From assembly GCA_965645245.1 (NCBI GenBank), contig OZ287074.1:1426001-1490000 (forward strand): 64,000 bases of DNA. Reading direction: 5' to 3'. A program made the position numbers and the translations under genes. The stretch comes from Massalongia carnosa. Its lineage: Eukaryota. Each line of letters opens with the position of its first letter. The first letter of the stretch is position 1. The notes under the pieces are model-generated. The model was not told the DNA's origin, ran no database searches, and was given only the letters and a program-made list of their open reading frames with translations. Shown here piece after piece: positions 63,230-64,000 of this stretch.

Positions 63230-64000
63230 TCAGCGAGACTTGAGTATCATCAGCACGATCAAGCCCGTACACGCCATACCGGCGGCGGCACATTCTATGG
63301 CTTTTCGCGTCAAATCGAGACGTCGTACCGTGACCGGACGCTCGCTGAACAAGTCTCGGACGGATGCCTCCAGGCTCCCAAGCGCCGATGTCGGTGCCGT
63401 TGGCTCCTCGCCGAGGAAGACCGGGTGGGCCGAGATGTCACCCGTGCTCTCCGTGAGGGCATCGATGACCAGAGGCTCGGAGCCCCGAGCAGTCTCCTCC
63501 GAAGACATTTGAGATGTAGCGTCGGGGACCGGCACGCTGCGCAATGCCGGCGCATCGACAACCTTGGCCCCAAAGGGCGCCTCCCTCTCCAGCGCCTCCA
63601 TCACCTTGTCCTCAAACCCTTGCACCAGGCGCTTCCTTCTCCACGGCTCCACCCCGATCTGAAACACCAAGAACAGCAGAATGTTCACCCCCATCAGCCC
63701 CCACGTGCCCCAGGTGCTCATGCGCCGAATTTTATCACTCCAGATTTGCTCCTCATGATAGCGAGCCAGGATGCTGGCGCTCAGTTTCGTGGCAGCTTCC
63801 TCGGCGTTCCGCTCCACCGCCACCAGATGTTCTTGCGCCGCCGACTCGGCCTGCTCGTTCGCGTGATCGGAGCGGTAAAGGGCTGTGAATCGCTCCAGGT
63901 CGTTGGTAGTCCAGGCATGTTTCCGTTGCAGGAGTTCGTTCACCTCCCGCTGGGAGCCCGAGCGCTGGTTTATGGCGGTCGAATATGCTTCTCTTGCAGC
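63230..64000 (-). CDS. SHE9: Mitochondrial inner-membrane protein She9/Mdm33; 5' end lies outside the window
   Basis: SQREVNELLQRKHAW...DLERFT.LYRSDH.NE, ILARYHEEQIWSDKIRRMSTWGTWGLMGVN, VEPWRRKRLV. Confidence 0.93.
   Translation of the reverse strand, partial: AAREAYSTAINQRSGSQREVNELLQRKHAWTTNDLERFTALYRSDHANEQAESAAQEHLVAVERNAEEAATKLSASILARYHEEQIWSDKIRRMSTWGTWGLMGVNILLFLVFQIGVEPWRRKRLVQGFEDKVMEALEREAPFGAKVVDAPALRSVPVPDATSQMSSEETARGSEPLVIDALTESTGDISAHPVFLGEEPTAPTSALGSLEASVRDLFSERPVTVRRLDLTRKAIECAAAGMACTGLIVLMILKSR

Overview
Eukaryotic genomic DNA from a filamentous ascomycete (Pezizomycotina). This is shown by intron-rich genes with CTRAC branch sites and fungal protein families; the species cannot be determined from this window. 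Most of it is housekeeping chromosome: APSES/Bqt4-like protein, 3-hydroxyisobutyrate dehydrogenase, NUF2, tRNA-Gln(UUG), an SDR, GMF, a MoCF/CinA-type FAD hydrolase-like protein, Ras, Clr2, a PHD-bearing SNF2 remodeller, POP4, PAN6, DBP7, ASA1, a Zn2Cys6 transcription factor, a class I glutamine amidotransferase and SHE9. Accessory patches lie at about 5-10 kb (orphan Cys-rich ORFs), 17-31 kb (a long ORF-poor interval, a SLATT_fungal 2TM gene head-to-head with a fungal AAA+ ATPase, a decayed orphan) and 55-58 kb (a piggyBac transposase). The most notable observations are (1) the divergent SLATT/AAA+ pair as a candidate conflict or immunity module, (2) an apparent intronization in clr2, where a formerly coding 54-nt stretch with two stops is bounded by GC-AG splice signals, (3) an intronic box C/D snoRNA candidate with an LSU rRNA guide, and (4) an intron-containing piggyBac transposase with an open reading frame but no visible TIRs. 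All family assignments come from motif recognition, not database searches.
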